A stretch of DNA of 64,000 bases from a virus. The stretch is taken from positions 96,001-160,000 of the IMG/VR virus record IMGVR_UViG_3300045988_179014; one strand, given 5' to 3'. Positions 35,942 through 46,558 of this stretch are shown here, one piece after another (position 1 is the first letter of the stretch; the number at the start of each line of letters is the position of its first letter). Position numbers and translations under genes: made by a program. Under the pieces are notes generated by a model, which had not been told where the DNA came from, searched no databases, and was given only the letters and a program-made list of their open reading frames with translations.

Positions 35942-38314
35942 TCAGGAGGATGTATACAGAACAATCTCCTTTTTGGTTCCCACTGGTAATTGCAATCCAG
36001 GGGTCAAAGACTGTTCCACAACCACCCCGGATGGATACCCTTCTGGTGCAGGTTTTGTTTCTTTACTGACATGCACCACAATACCCAATGATTCCATGGT
36101 ACTGACAGCTTCAGCCGGTTGCATTCCAACAACAGACGGGATAGTGAAAAAATCACGTTTCTCAACTGGTACAGGTTGCAATGAGCGGTCAGCATTATCG
36201 TAATCCAATGGCTGATTTGACTCACCTGAACCTGCCACAATTGCTCTTAAAACATCTGATGCGGCTTGTGATGCTGGGTTGATACTTTGACGCTGCCCAC
36301 GATACACCATTCCGTCTACACCTCTGGTTACTGTATCCATGTCGTAAATACCCATGTAGATGGAGTGTGTTTTGGATACTTGAGCCCATGCATAATTGTA
36401 ATTCTGGTTGGTTCCAGATTTACCCACAGCATCATATCCCTGAATTTGCGCTTTGGTTCCGAAAGCCCCCTCAACTTCACCAGGATATGTGTTCGCACGC
36501 ATTGCTTGAAGCACTGTTGATGCTGTGTGTGGACTCATGACTCGACGACAGGAGTCTTTGGCCGGGTCATAAGTATCCGGAATCGCTGGTGAGGTTCCAT
36601 CAGCGTATTCATAATTGGCAACAGGTGTGGCAGGGCAGAAAACACCCCCATTCGCAAATGTTGCATAAGCAGCTGCCATATTGATGGGACTGTTTTCAAC
36701 AGAACCCAAAACAAATGACAGGCTACGTTCAGTAACACCTTTCGGAACATTGAGATTCAAGTTTCTGCTCATGTCAAAAATCTTGTTCATCCCAATTTTG
36801 GTGGCTAGTGTCAAAAACCAAGTGTTGGAAGACCATGCAGTAGCTTGTTTGTAGTTGATGTTGCCAGCTTGATATGTACACCCATTCGAGTTGTGGAAAC
36901 CGCCTCGGGGATGGTCATAGCCAGAAGGGGAATATGGACATTGTGATGAGAACTGCATATCTGCTGGGTCCATACCTGATTCCAATGCTGCGGCTAATGC
37001 AACCATTTTGAAGGTGGAGCCAGTTGCCGCTGGATTAGCTGGCACATTGAGTGTTGTTTCTCCTTCACCAACACCATAATTACGATTCACCCCGATGCCT
37101 GATACTCCACCATTACCAGGATTTACAACTGCGACAGGGGCAACCACTCGATTGCCGTTACCAAAATCTTTTTCCAGCTGTTCATCAATTAACTGCATTT
37201 GTTGAGGATTCATATATGTTTTGATGTGCAAACCGCCTTTGGCCAGAATCGCATCTCGTTCATCTTGAGTTTCCCCCAGTTTTGGACTCTTGGACAAATA
37301 TTGGAAAACATAGTTGCAGTAGAATGGGTATTTGGATGACACACAATTCCCAGCAGAACGTTTTTTACGTACAAGAGTCAACTCCTCAGCTAATGCATTT
37401 GATGCTTCTTCTTGTGTGATGTAACCTTCTGCGACCATACGATTGAGGACAGTTTTTTGACGAGTTTTCCACTGGTTTTTACGGTCATCATTGTCCAAGT
37501 TGTATGCAGCCGGGTTTTGCACTGACCCCACCAGCACAGCAGATTCCGCCAAAGTCAAATCCTTGGCAGATTTCCCAAAAAAGTAATTGGAAGCTGATTC
37601 AATGGAGTAAATATTAGGTCCACCAAAAGCAACTGTATTGAAATAAGCCAACAGAATCTCATCTTTACTGTGAGTTTTTTCATACTCAATAGCAAGTTTC
37701 AGTTCTTTCAGTTTTCGTGTATATGTGCTTTCAACCGCCTCTTTTTTCTTCTCTTTACCCGCCATATTATAGAATTGCAGATTTTTCACCAATTGCTGAG
37801 TGATACCAGACCCACCCCCGGAACTCAACAATGCTCTAAAAGTTCCTTTGGGGTCGAATCCTTTGTGTTCATAGAACCTTTTGTCTTCAGTTGCCAAAAG
37901 ACCTTTCTTGGCATAATCACTGATTTCATCCAATGATTTCAGAGCAATACGGTCCTCTGACCAGACTTCAGCGAAAACGTCCCCATTTGTGTCATATAGT
38001 GTGTTTCGTTGGGCGATTTGAATGTCTCCCAGCTCGGATGGCATTTGTTTCCATACACTTACCATAGGGTCAGCAACCATAGCAGCACTACTCAGCATTG
38101 CAAGGGGCAACATGGACACCAAAAGACCTGCAACAACAGATATCCCAATAATACCGAAAATGGCTCCAACAGTTTTCTTAGCACTTCTTTTTTCAACAAC
38201 ATGCTCTTCCACAGAAGCTACGCCATCGAAAAGTTCATCAATACTTACTGTGGTAGCGTTTTTGTCATTCCACTGACCAAACATATAATTCCTCCAAGAA
38301 ACTGTGACCGCCAT
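35942..38314 (-). CDS. class A penicillin-binding protein (glycosyltransferase + transpeptidase) with a C-terminal PASTA domain
   Basis: TM anchor; GT51 motifs (RFYEHKGFD, QQLVKN); transpeptidase STFK; C-terminal PASTA. Confidence 0.85.
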   Translation of the reverse strand: MAVTVSWRNYMFGQWNDKNATTVSIDELFDGVASVEEHVVEKRSAKKTVGAIFGIIGISVVAGLLVSMLPLAMLSSAAMVADPMVSVWKQMPSELGDIQIAQRNTLYDTNGDVFAEVWSEDRIALKSLDEISDYAKKGLLATEDKRFYEHKGFDPKGTFRALLSSGGGSGITQQLVKNLQFYNMAGKEKKKEAVESTYTRKLKELKLAIEYEKTHSKDEILLAYFNTVAFGGPNIYSIESASNYFFGKSAKDLTLAESAVLVGSVQNPAAYNLDNDDRKNQWKTRQKTVLNRMVAEGYITQEEASNALAEELTLVRKKRSAGNCVSSKYPFYCNYVFQYLSKSPKLGETQDERDAILAKGGLHIKTYMNPQQMQLIDEQLEKDFGNGNRVVAPVAVVNPGNGGVSGIGVNRNYGVGEGETTLNVPANPAATGSTFKMVALAAALESGMDPADMQFSSQCPYSPSGYDHPRGGFHNSNGCTYQAGNINYKQATAWSSNTWFLTLATKIGMNKIFDMSRNLNLNVPKGVTERSLSFVLGSVENSPINMAAAYATFANGGVFCPATPVANYEYADGTSPAIPDTYDPAKDSCRRVMSPHTASTVLQAMRANTYPGEVEGAFGTKAQIQGYDAVGKSGTNQNYNYAWAQVSKTHSIYMGIYDMDTVTRGVDGMVYRGQRQSINPASQAASDVLRAIVAGSGESNQPLDYDNADRSLQPVPVEKRDFFTIPSVVGMQPAEAVSTMESLGIVVHVSKETKPAPEGYPSGVVVEQSLTPGLQLPVGTKKEIVLYTSS

Positions 38315-38357
38315 ATTTTAACAATCTCAGGCATAATCTAAAATATTTGTATACTAT

Positions 38358-39119
38358 TCAGTCAGCAAAATGTTCATTTATCAATTCTTCCGACAACTTG
38401 GACGCTGATTGTTTGGATGCAGAAGTGGACTGACCTTGTAATTCAACAGATGTTTTTTCAATCAGTTCCATCAGTTTTGCATTACCTGAATCATTGAGAA
38501 CTGCACCAAACGATTCCGGCTTGTCATTACTGGTGAAAATGGCAGTGAGTGAATTGCTGTAAACATGGTCGATGAATCTCTCCAACAATGGAAGTTCTCT
38601 ACGTTCATCATAAAAATCTCGTGCTCCCACATTATCCAAGATGAACACTTTGGTTTTATCGGACAGCAAGTTCTCAAATTTTGCACGTCCTTCAAAACCT
38701 GTATATGCCAAACTCAGCATAGCTTCTTCAGAAATGATTTTGACCTGTGAGAATGTAGTCCATCCAGCACCAATGAATTTCCGAACAATTGCATATGCCA
38801 AGTACTTCCCTAATTCAGTTGCACCATGAATGAAGAAACTCTGTTGACCATATGTGTTGATGAGTTCAAGAATTTCATGAGCGGCTGGATGGTTCATTCG
38901 TGACAATGACGCTTTCTGCCAGCGTTTTGGAAGATTGTTGTCCCATCGTTGAAGGTTGAGACGTCGCTCATGTATAATGCGTTCCCGTTCCACTTTGGCG
39001 TATCGTTCATCCATGGAATCCTGAAACTGTTTGAAAGCATCAAAATCTGTTTCGTTGTGTCGGGCATAAGTAAAACGCCCACTTGAGCTGGCAGTGTGCA
39101 AATCATCCATCTCAGTCAT
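38358..39119 (-). CDS. possible DnaC/IstB-like AAA+ helicase loader
   Basis: Weak Walker A FIHGATELGKY and Walker B VFILDNVG; sits downstream of dnaB. Confidence 0.4.
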   Translation of the reverse strand: MTEMDDLHTASSSGRFTYARHNETDFDAFKQFQDSMDERYAKVERERIIHERRLNLQRWDNNLPKRWQKASLSRMNHPAAHEILELINTYGQQSFFIHGATELGKYLAYAIVRKFIGAGWTTFSQVKIISEEAMLSLAYTGFEGRAKFENLLSDKTKVFILDNVGARDFYDERRELPLLERFIDHVYSNSLTAIFTSNDKPESFGAVLNDSGNAKLMELIEKTSVELQGQSTSASKQSASKLSEELINEHFAD

Positions 39120-39505
39120 CTGCGGCTCCTACGTGAACGTTTGGTATTGTTTTCACGGTCATGAATCAATCCACCCCGGTCCAACGTTGCAACTGTCAAT
39201 GGAAGCTTTTTCTCAAAAATCTGATTGATTACTTTGACGTATTTTTTCTCAGACCATTTATTGGTAAGAACAAGTTTTCGATAATAAAGTTTTACATCAC
39301 GAAGAATATGGTCCACGCTTTTGGCCGATGATTTAAAATATGTCTCATATGTTTTTATGGGATTGATAACATCCATGTATTTTGACATAAAGGAATCAGC
39401 TTTTTGTTCATCAGTTAAACTTTGTACATCGAATTCATCCCCAAAATCCAATGTGTTCTCACCTTGAAATAATGGGTGACGTTTCACAGAGGTATGATTG
39501 TCCAT
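39116..39505 (-). CDS. hypothetical protein
   Basis: 129-aa ORF overlapping its neighbours by 4 nt. Confidence 0.4.
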   Translation of the reverse strand: MDNHTSVKRHPLFQGENTLDFGDEFDVQSLTDEQKADSFMSKYMDVINPIKTYETYFKSSAKSVDHILRDVKLYYRKLVLTNKWSEKKYVKVINQIFEKKLPLTVATLDRGGLIHDRENNTKRSRRSRR

Positions 39506-39506
39506 T

Positions 39507-40982
39507 TTATAAGTCCTGAATGCTTAAATCGTCGTCCAAATTATCTGGGTCAAACTCAGAAAAATCCATGTCATCAACTATTTCTTCCATTTCTTCTTCC
39601 GTCAAACGTTCATCAATCTCTTTTTCACGTTTGATTTCGCGAAAGATGGAACACTCCAGATTTGTGTGACATCGAATAATTTTGTTTGCTTCACCATCCC
39701 GGTTTTTCGCCAAAACAACCAATGTGTGTGGTGTAGTATCATCTTGCGGTAAATCACGGTGAAGAAGAACAACCACATCAGAGTCCATAGCAATAGAGCG
39801 GGACTCACGAATGTTGTCCAGAGTTGGAAGTTTTCCTTCTTCATCGTCATCTTTATTATTCAACTGCACAAGAATCATAATCGGTACACCAAGTGTTTTT
39901 GCGGTTAACTTCATACTACGGGACAAATCAGCCACCGCTTCTTGACGAGTACCAAACCTTCCTACTGGTGTCACCAATTGTAGATAATCCAAAATCACCA
40001 TGTCGAGACCATCAGGACTTTGCGCACGCTTGAAGGCTTTAGAACGAATGGAATCCACAGTGGCTTTGGGGTCTGTGTCAATCATTATTTTCATGTGGCA
40101 AAGCTCATCGTAAGCTTCCTCCACCAACACTCGGTCCTCAGGGGCTAGTTTGCCACGTTTTAGCCTGCTTTGTGACACCCCAGACATGCATGCCACAATA
40201 CGGTCAATAATAGAATCATGAGACATCTCAAGTGAAAAAAACAGAACCGATTTTCCTGCTCGTGCTGCCGCAACCAAAGCCATAACCGCAAAAACAGATT
40301 TACCAATACCCGTTCTGGCACCTACAGTAATCAATTGTTGTGGCGACCAGCCCAAAGTGTATCTGTTCAATGTAGGTAATAGGGTTGGAATCCCCTGTAA
40401 ACCATCTGATTTTTCATCATTTTCTTGAGTTATTTTTTCACGATGATTCAATAATTCAAAATAGTCGTCTTTGTACGCAGCAACATTGATTATAGTCGAG
40501 TCATCAGATAAATGGAAAAGCACATCATTGAATTCAGATGTGAGATTGGATATTGCTTCTACAGCTGAAATGCCAGAATTATCCTGGAAAGTTGGTTGAG
40601 CACTTTTAATTAAAGCACTGGCACGGTTTTTTGCCGCAGATTCCCTCACCACTTGTGCGTACAATTCGGGGGTTCCTTGCAGTAGATATCTTTCCCCGTC
40701 ACGGTGTAATTGATATAGTCCTGCTACACCACCCAATTGTTCCAAAGCGCCACGTCGCTCTAAAAGATGAGCCACAGAAATAACCGAGATTGACTCATCT
40801 TGACGGGCCAGCTCCATAATACAGCTGAAAGCTGTTTCCCACATCGGTTCTGAAAAATCGTCTGGACGCACCAACTCTAAAACACGATTGGTTGAGGTGC
40901 CATCATAAATTAATGACGCTACTAATCGCCGCTGAACTTGCTGATATAGTTCACACCCCTGTTCCGCCAAAACAAACCCCAA
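39507..40982 (-). CDS. dnaB: replicative DNA helicase DnaB
   Basis: N-terminal DnaB domain; RecA-like core GARTGIGKSVFAVM. Confidence 0.85.
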   Translation of the reverse strand: MGFVLAEQGCELYQQVQRRLVASLIYDGTSTNRVLELVRPDDFSEPMWETAFSCIMELARQDESISVISVAHLLERRGALEQLGGVAGLYQLHRDGERYLLQGTPELYAQVVRESAAKNRASALIKSAQPTFQDNSGISAVEAISNLTSEFNDVLFHLSDDSTIINVAAYKDDYFELLNHREKITQENDEKSDGLQGIPTLLPTLNRYTLGWSPQQLITVGARTGIGKSVFAVMALVAAARAGKSVLFFSLEMSHDSIIDRIVACMSGVSQSRLKRGKLAPEDRVLVEEAYDELCHMKIMIDTDPKATVDSIRSKAFKRAQSPDGLDMVILDYLQLVTPVGRFGTRQEAVADLSRSMKLTAKTLGVPIMILVQLNNKDDDEEGKLPTLDNIRESRSIAMDSDVVVLLHRDLPQDDTTPHTLVVLAKNRDGEANKIIRCHTNLECSIFREIKREKEIDERLTEEEMEEIVDDMDFSEFDPDNLDDDLSIQDL

Positions 40983-41066
40983 TCATAGTCATCATGCTGT
41001 TTTATTGTAACATTTGGTCCCAGAACCATCTAATAAAGTTCCGGGGCCAAATTACGATTATTCGCC

Positions 41067-42269
41067 TTACTTGTCCCCTCTTTCGGAGAGGGCCGGGGCG
41101 TAACGTTTTGTCACCTGAATCAGAGCGGTCTTGATTTCCGATTTTTCCGCTGTTGTTAGCCCCCGCAATTTATTTGTTGCAGCAACCAAAGGCTTAATGT
41201 GCGCTACCACGTACGCACATTTGTCCATGTCCGCAAAAATGTGGAGGACTCTGATGACCGCTTGAGCGCGTTGCATCGGCTCATCTGTACCCTCCGTCAG
41301 AGATTCGCGCAGAGACCGTAGAATCATATTTGCATCATCAAGGGTCAACTTTTCCCAGTCTTCAAAATCATCAGGATTTTTGAGGATGGTTTTTAGGTCA
41401 AGGCGACCATTCTTGCGAAGCCAATCTTGAAACCGCAACGTGGCGCCGTAACCAATAGTACCCTGCATCAATACGCCCTCCAGCTCTACATCACTGGATG
41501 GCATAGAGCCGAGTACACGTGATAGATTGTCCCAGCTACGTCGCGAAGGCCAGGCGCATTGGAGAACAGTGAGAGCTGATGCATCATTGACGTTCACCCC
41601 GTAAGCATCGGGGCTATTTTTCGTACCACCTTCCTGGTGCAGGCAACCAGGATTCTCGCGGATAAAACGCACAATCAAGTTACGCCACTCTTTTTCACGA
41701 GGCTGCGAAAAGCCACGTCCCCAGTTGTCTATCATCCCATCCAACCAGGATTTCGTGTCCGGTTGCCATGCCAACCAGATAATTCTGTTGGCAGTGGCAG
41801 CATCGACGTCGTAGCCGTCGGCTGCCGATTCCGTGGGATTCATCGCGCCAACTAGAGCCGTCTCCTCCGGAAATTTCTGACCATTGGGGAACTCTCGATT
41901 TTGTATCACGGTCAACAACGACGCTTTGACCGCGGGGTGAGCGTTCGAAAATTCGTCAAAAAATAGGATTACTTTCTTTTTCTTCATGACGTCTAATTGC
42001 CACTTTTGTGGCGCATACTCTGTTACGGGAGTTATTCCCTCGGCAGTTTCGACTTCTCCCCGAGTGGGGAAGCCCGAGACATCTTGGGGGTCCATGCGTG
42101 AGGCGATAACTGGTATCACCACGTATTCCATCTCATGCGCAATTGCTTCAACCGTTGCCGTTTTGGCCGTTCCGGGGGCTCCCACAAGCATAACAGCCTG
42201 TCGCGCTTTGATGGCATAGAGGAGTGCTTTCGCTGATATGTGTTGTGGAATACCTGAAGGGTGACTCAT
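41067..42269 (-). CDS. MoxR-like AAA+ ATPase
   Basis: Walker A VMLVGAPGTAKT, Walker B LFFDEF, AAA_5-like layout. Confidence 0.75.
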   Translation of the reverse strand: MSHPSGIPQHISAKALLYAIKARQAVMLVGAPGTAKTATVEAIAHEMEYVVIPVIASRMDPQDVSGFPTRGEVETAEGITPVTEYAPQKWQLDVMKKKKVILFFDEFSNAHPAVKASLLTVIQNREFPNGQKFPEETALVGAMNPTESAADGYDVDAATANRIIWLAWQPDTKSWLDGMIDNWGRGFSQPREKEWRNLIVRFIRENPGCLHQEGGTKNSPDAYGVNVNDASALTVLQCAWPSRRSWDNLSRVLGSMPSSDVELEGVLMQGTIGYGATLRFQDWLRKNGRLDLKTILKNPDDFEDWEKLTLDDANMILRSLRESLTEGTDEPMQRAQAVIRVLHIFADMDKCAYVVAHIKPLVAATNKLRGLTTAEKSEIKTALIQVTKRYAPALSERGDK

Positions 42270-42425
42270 CGAAAATCTCCAAATCTCCTACTGGGCAAAT
42301 TTTACTGATACCATTATAGCTTGTTCCAGTCAGAAGTCAAATATGAGCCTGATGCCTTTTTGATGCAATAATTAAAGGTAGACTAGAAACACTAATCTAC
42401 CCTTAATGAACTATTTTTCTACTAT

Positions 42426-43571
42426 TCAGGACTCCACCTCAACTGCTGTTTCATCATCCTCAATTCCATACAGGTTTTTGGCTAAGTGCTTTTTAACCGC
42501 TTCTGTCAAACGGTTTATTAATGTCGCATCCTGTTTCAATGAATCTAGAGCTTCCGCTTTGCTCTTTCCAATAACTTGCCCTGTTTCTGCTTCAATATAT
42601 GTGCGATTGTTGGGTTTGGTGATTACTCCATATTCGACACCAACCTCCATCATTTCAGCTGGGACATTTATACCTTGATTAAAGGTCAAAACGGAAACGC
42701 CGGTGCCATATGGTGGCGCAATTTTGTTTTTTACGATTTTGAATTTAATTTCATTCCCAATAACATCTTTTTTGTCATTGGGGTTATCTCCTTTGACTGG
42801 AGCGCCTTTTTTGATTTCAATGCGCTGTGAGGCGTAAAAACGTAACGCCTTCCCACCAGGAGTTGTTTGTGGAATACCAACAGGAGAGAAACCACCAATT
42901 TTATCGCGAGTTTGGTTCAGGAAAATGATAGTTGTGTTGTTTCTATTAGCCGCTCCAACTAATTTTCGTAATGCTTTGGACATGAGTCGTGCTGCTAATG
43001 CCACTGTAACGTCACTAGCATCTCCATCCAATTCAGCTTGGGGCACTAATGCTGCCACTGAATCCAAGACAATAATGTCTACGACTCCGGATTCAGTCAA
43101 ATCTTGGAGTAAATCTAATGTTTGTTCTGCTGAGTTGGGTTGAGCTACTGCTAAGTCTTTAACTTTAACCCCTAATTTAGCAGCATAGCGAGGGTCTAAC
43201 GCATGTTCAACATCAAGGAATACTGCGGTCCCTCCTGCTTGTTGCACATTTCCTACAGCGGTCAGTGCAATGGACGTTTTACCAGAGGATTCTGGACCAT
43301 AAATCTCAATCACACGACCTTTGGCTAATCCTCCTCCAAGAATCTGGTCCAGTACCATGGAACCACTGGAGATAGTCTCTACTTCTAATGGTTGGTCTCC
43401 CAATTTCCTTAGTATATCTTGCGACCCATCCCCAGTTTGGTATTTTTTATCTCTATTCACGTTGTCAATGGTGGCTTGAAATTGCTTAAATCGTTCAGCA
43501 TTGATAATAGCCATGTATATGTTCTCGCTTCCTAATTCTGGTGAGGGTCGGCGTCCTCCTAATTCTACCAA
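42426..43571 (-). CDS. recA: recombinase RecA
   Basis: Canonical RecA blocks (GSMVLDQILGGGLAKGRVIEIYGPESSGKT, FLDVEHALDP, IIVLDSVAAL). Confidence 0.9.
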   Translation of the reverse strand: MVELGGRRPSPELGSENIYMAIINAERFKQFQATIDNVNRDKKYQTGDGSQDILRKLGDQPLEVETISSGSMVLDQILGGGLAKGRVIEIYGPESSGKTSIALTAVGNVQQAGGTAVFLDVEHALDPRYAAKLGVKVKDLAVAQPNSAEQTLDLLQDLTESGVVDIIVLDSVAALVPQAELDGDASDVTVALAARLMSKALRKLVGAANRNNTTIIFLNQTRDKIGGFSPVGIPQTTPGGKALRFYASQRIEIKKGAPVKGDNPNDKKDVIGNEIKFKIVKNKIAPPYGTGVSVLTFNQGINVPAEMMEVGVEYGVITKPNNRTYIEAETGQVIGKSKAEALDSLKQDATLINRLTEAVKKHLAKNLYGIEDDETAVEVES

Positions 43572-43765
43572 TCCATATCCATTAGCGTCTTATTCTTTTA
43601 GCACTGCTATCAAGATACCGAGAAGCGTTTTGAGCTTGATTTTTGTGTTTCCTGATGCATGTATCGCAAACAAGGTTTTCTCCCGAAACCTCTTGAAAAT
43701 GCGAAAACTACCCCTGAATAAGTTAGGTAAGACCGGGCTTATTCAGGGGTAGTTATAGATGGATT

Positions 43766-45361
43766 TTAACTTAGTCGGCTGTCATCAGAGATGTTGATGA
43801 CATTACATATTTTGTGTAGCGAATCAGGTACCGATGAAAAACCGCCTTCTGTTGTCACGAGAATAACCGAATAATATGTACTGCACAGTAGCTCTTGTTC
43901 AACCCGCTGCCAATCCGTGTATCCGTCGGTTCCCAGTATAACAATATTAGGCCGTTTCTTGCGGGGAATCGAGTTGGCGTACTTAAAAGCTACGCTCATA
44001 TCAGTCCCCCCGCCCCCATACAAATCAATTTCACGAACTGATTTCAGGGGAGCAATATTCTTGATTTCCGTGTCAACCGAAAAAACCGTCAACCCACCTT
44101 TTTGCCGCGAACTATTTGAGACAATTGATTCTGCTTCAATCAGCACACTCTCATAATCAGACTTGGTCATGGAGCCAGACGTGTCAATTCCGATGTACAC
44201 CACCGGAGCATAAGACACTTGTCCGGGGAAAATTATCTTTCCAGTATAGCGACGATTAACTTTCCGGTACGAAGTTTCCGTCCTTCCAATTATAATATTA
44301 GAGTAAGCATTTGAAACTGCTCGTCTAAGCAACTCCTGCCACCGAACTTTGGGCGGTTCCATCAAGTTCAGCATAGCTTTTAGCAACTCTGTGGCCGTAC
44401 CGTAACCCTGTCCACCCGAGTTCAGCTCGTCCTTGATGCGCGCTGTTGTATTTCTTTGTGCGAGTGAACGTTCGGTATCAGTAATACGCTCGATGCCAGC
44501 TTCGTCAGCCGCATCCGAACGCGAAAGAGTGCTTTCATCACAGTGTCGTGAATTTTTGGATGATTTGTTACCTTGAGACATTCCTTTTTTGAAGTCATCC
44601 AGTACATCAGAATCGGATGAACTGCCATTGCCCGAGTTTGATTCATTAGACGGATTCTGCGAACCGGAGCCATTTTGGGAAGATGACTGGTCAGAATCGT
44701 TTTCAGAACCTTCTCCTGAAGAATCCTGACCCTGACCATCATTGGTATCTGAATCGTTTCTCTCAGTTCCTTGTTGGCCTTGGTTCTGGCCTGATTGTGA
44801 CTGACCAGATAAACCAGAGCTGTTTCCAGAATCATCACCATTCATGGACAAAGCATCTGCATAAAACTCCATAGTCTTAAATGGCGGCAGATTGAATTTT
44901 TTCGGCGTTAGAAGCATTGAGAAATCGCCCCGTTTTAGGGTTTCCAAGACAGTATTGATTTCCAAATCGCCTGCAACGTTCATCTGTTCAGGCCCAATGC
45001 CCAAACTCTCCGCACGCACAAAATGATTATTTAGCACATGCATACATTCATGCAACAGTACTATAGCTTGCATTTCTTTGTCGCACTGGTAAAGAAACCA
45101 GTACGAAAGTCCCACACGAGCATGAACGTCTGTGTATGCAGTTTTAGCGGTTGCATCCAAAAATGGGCGTAACACGGACAACGCATCACGAAACGATGGG
45201 AGAATGTCTTGAGCTTTCCAGAGCGCCCGAGAAAATATATTGCGCTCATCCGTTGTAAGCGCGCGAATTGGATGATTCTTCAAATCGTATTCCAACCGCT
45301 TCAGAATCTCCTTTTGTTCCGGGGTGAAGTTCTCAACCGTGTTATTGTTATTGTTCACCAC
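43766..45361 (-). CDS. metallopeptidase (HExxH) + von Willebrand factor A domain protein, MoxR partner type
   Basis: HECMH motif near the N-terminus; acidic linker; C-terminal MIDAS GIDTSGSM. Confidence 0.7.
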   Translation of the reverse strand: MVNNNNNTVENFTPEQKEILKRLEYDLKNHPIRALTTDERNIFSRALWKAQDILPSFRDALSVLRPFLDATAKTAYTDVHARVGLSYWFLYQCDKEMQAIVLLHECMHVLNNHFVRAESLGIGPEQMNVAGDLEINTVLETLKRGDFSMLLTPKKFNLPPFKTMEFYADALSMNGDDSGNSSGLSGQSQSGQNQGQQGTERNDSDTNDGQGQDSSGEGSENDSDQSSSQNGSGSQNPSNESNSGNGSSSDSDVLDDFKKGMSQGNKSSKNSRHCDESTLSRSDAADEAGIERITDTERSLAQRNTTARIKDELNSGGQGYGTATELLKAMLNLMEPPKVRWQELLRRAVSNAYSNIIIGRTETSYRKVNRRYTGKIIFPGQVSYAPVVYIGIDTSGSMTKSDYESVLIEAESIVSNSSRQKGGLTVFSVDTEIKNIAPLKSVREIDLYGGGGTDMSVAFKYANSIPRKKRPNIVILGTDGYTDWQRVEQELLCSTYYSVILVTTEGGFSSVPDSLHKICNVINISDDSRLS

Positions 45362-45486
45362 GACATCCTTACTGTTAATCTTCCAATCCCGCCAATTCTA
45401 TCATGGAATCATCTCATACACCAAATTGAACGCATCGAGTTCACATGCGGAGTGAGGAAAATATAACACTCTCCTCACTCCAGCAC

Positions 45487-46512
45487 TCACAATCCATGCT
45501 TTAGTAAATATTTGTTGTTGATGATTTTAAAATTCCTATTAACATCAAGCCATTCTGGTAGTGTTGCTGTGGAATCATCTACCAAATGGAACACAATGCC
45601 TTCATCGAGCAGGCCATTGGTAATCTGTCCACGAAGCGTTGAGACTTTTTCAATCATCTCATCCAAATCCCCGGTTGGGGCCCATTCATCACCCAAAACA
45701 GGGACAGAGCACTTGTTGAAAACATCATCCCAATCAGCATGAGGAACTTTGACTGAATTCTCCCATATGGCAAACACGAATGGACGCAAATGCTCAAGCT
45801 TTAGCCGATTCCCATTAAATTTTGGTCCGGCCAGCTCAAATTGCACAGCCATACCAGGATATTGCTTAATGGCATCTACAAGACCAAATTGCTCAGCCAC
45901 TTGGAACCCTGCAACATCCTTTGACGTTTCCCAATTCCGACTGAAAATCCGGATATTTTCTCCATCGTTTAACAAGGTTTGAGAAGACCCATCTACCTTA
46001 ACTGTCGGGACCCATTTCATTTCTTTGATTAAGTCCCAATATTCCGAAAGAGTTTGCACCCGAATAGCATCCGTTTTCGGAGCCCATTTGGTATCAAACC
46101 GGCCAATGATGTTCCCATTCTGAGGTAGCTGTTCCTCCCATTTATAAACACCTACCATATCTGTCACATCTGTTCCAACGGGGAGAGAAGCATCCAATCC
46201 AAGTTCTTCCAGGGACATAAGCAAACCCTGAGAGACTACGCCCCTCAGTTTACGGGTACGCAGAACATGTCCTTTGACTGTTGTGCCATTGACTACAACA
46301 CTTTTCTGCTTATGAGTTTGAAACGATTCAAAATGTGGATTGGTTTCTGGTAGTAATGTATCCGTCTCAAAATACACAGCTTTCATGCCAGGCCGGAACG
46401 TGTTTTTACGAACAACCACCTTCCAACCCAACACATGTGCTGTCTCAATTTGGTCAGCATTGTCAATAGTCTCTATTGCTTTTACTGTCTGAATAGTTGC
46501 CAGCTTCCTCAT
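45487..46512 (-). CDS. ATP-dependent ligase-like nucleotidyltransferase (putative RNA ligase)
   Basis: Motif I KVDGSS in an about 340-aa protein. Confidence 0.5.
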   Translation of the reverse strand: MRKLATIQTVKAIETIDNADQIETAHVLGWKVVVRKNTFRPGMKAVYFETDTLLPETNPHFESFQTHKQKSVVVNGTTVKGHVLRTRKLRGVVSQGLLMSLEELGLDASLPVGTDVTDMVGVYKWEEQLPQNGNIIGRFDTKWAPKTDAIRVQTLSEYWDLIKEMKWVPTVKVDGSSQTLLNDGENIRIFSRNWETSKDVAGFQVAEQFGLVDAIKQYPGMAVQFELAGPKFNGNRLKLEHLRPFVFAIWENSVKVPHADWDDVFNKCSVPVLGDEWAPTGDLDEMIEKVSTLRGQITNGLLDEGIVFHLVDDSTATLPEWLDVNRNFKIINNKYLLKHGL

Positions 46513-46558
46513 TTTTTATCCTATCCTATAATCTAATGCTAATACAGTATAAACTATT

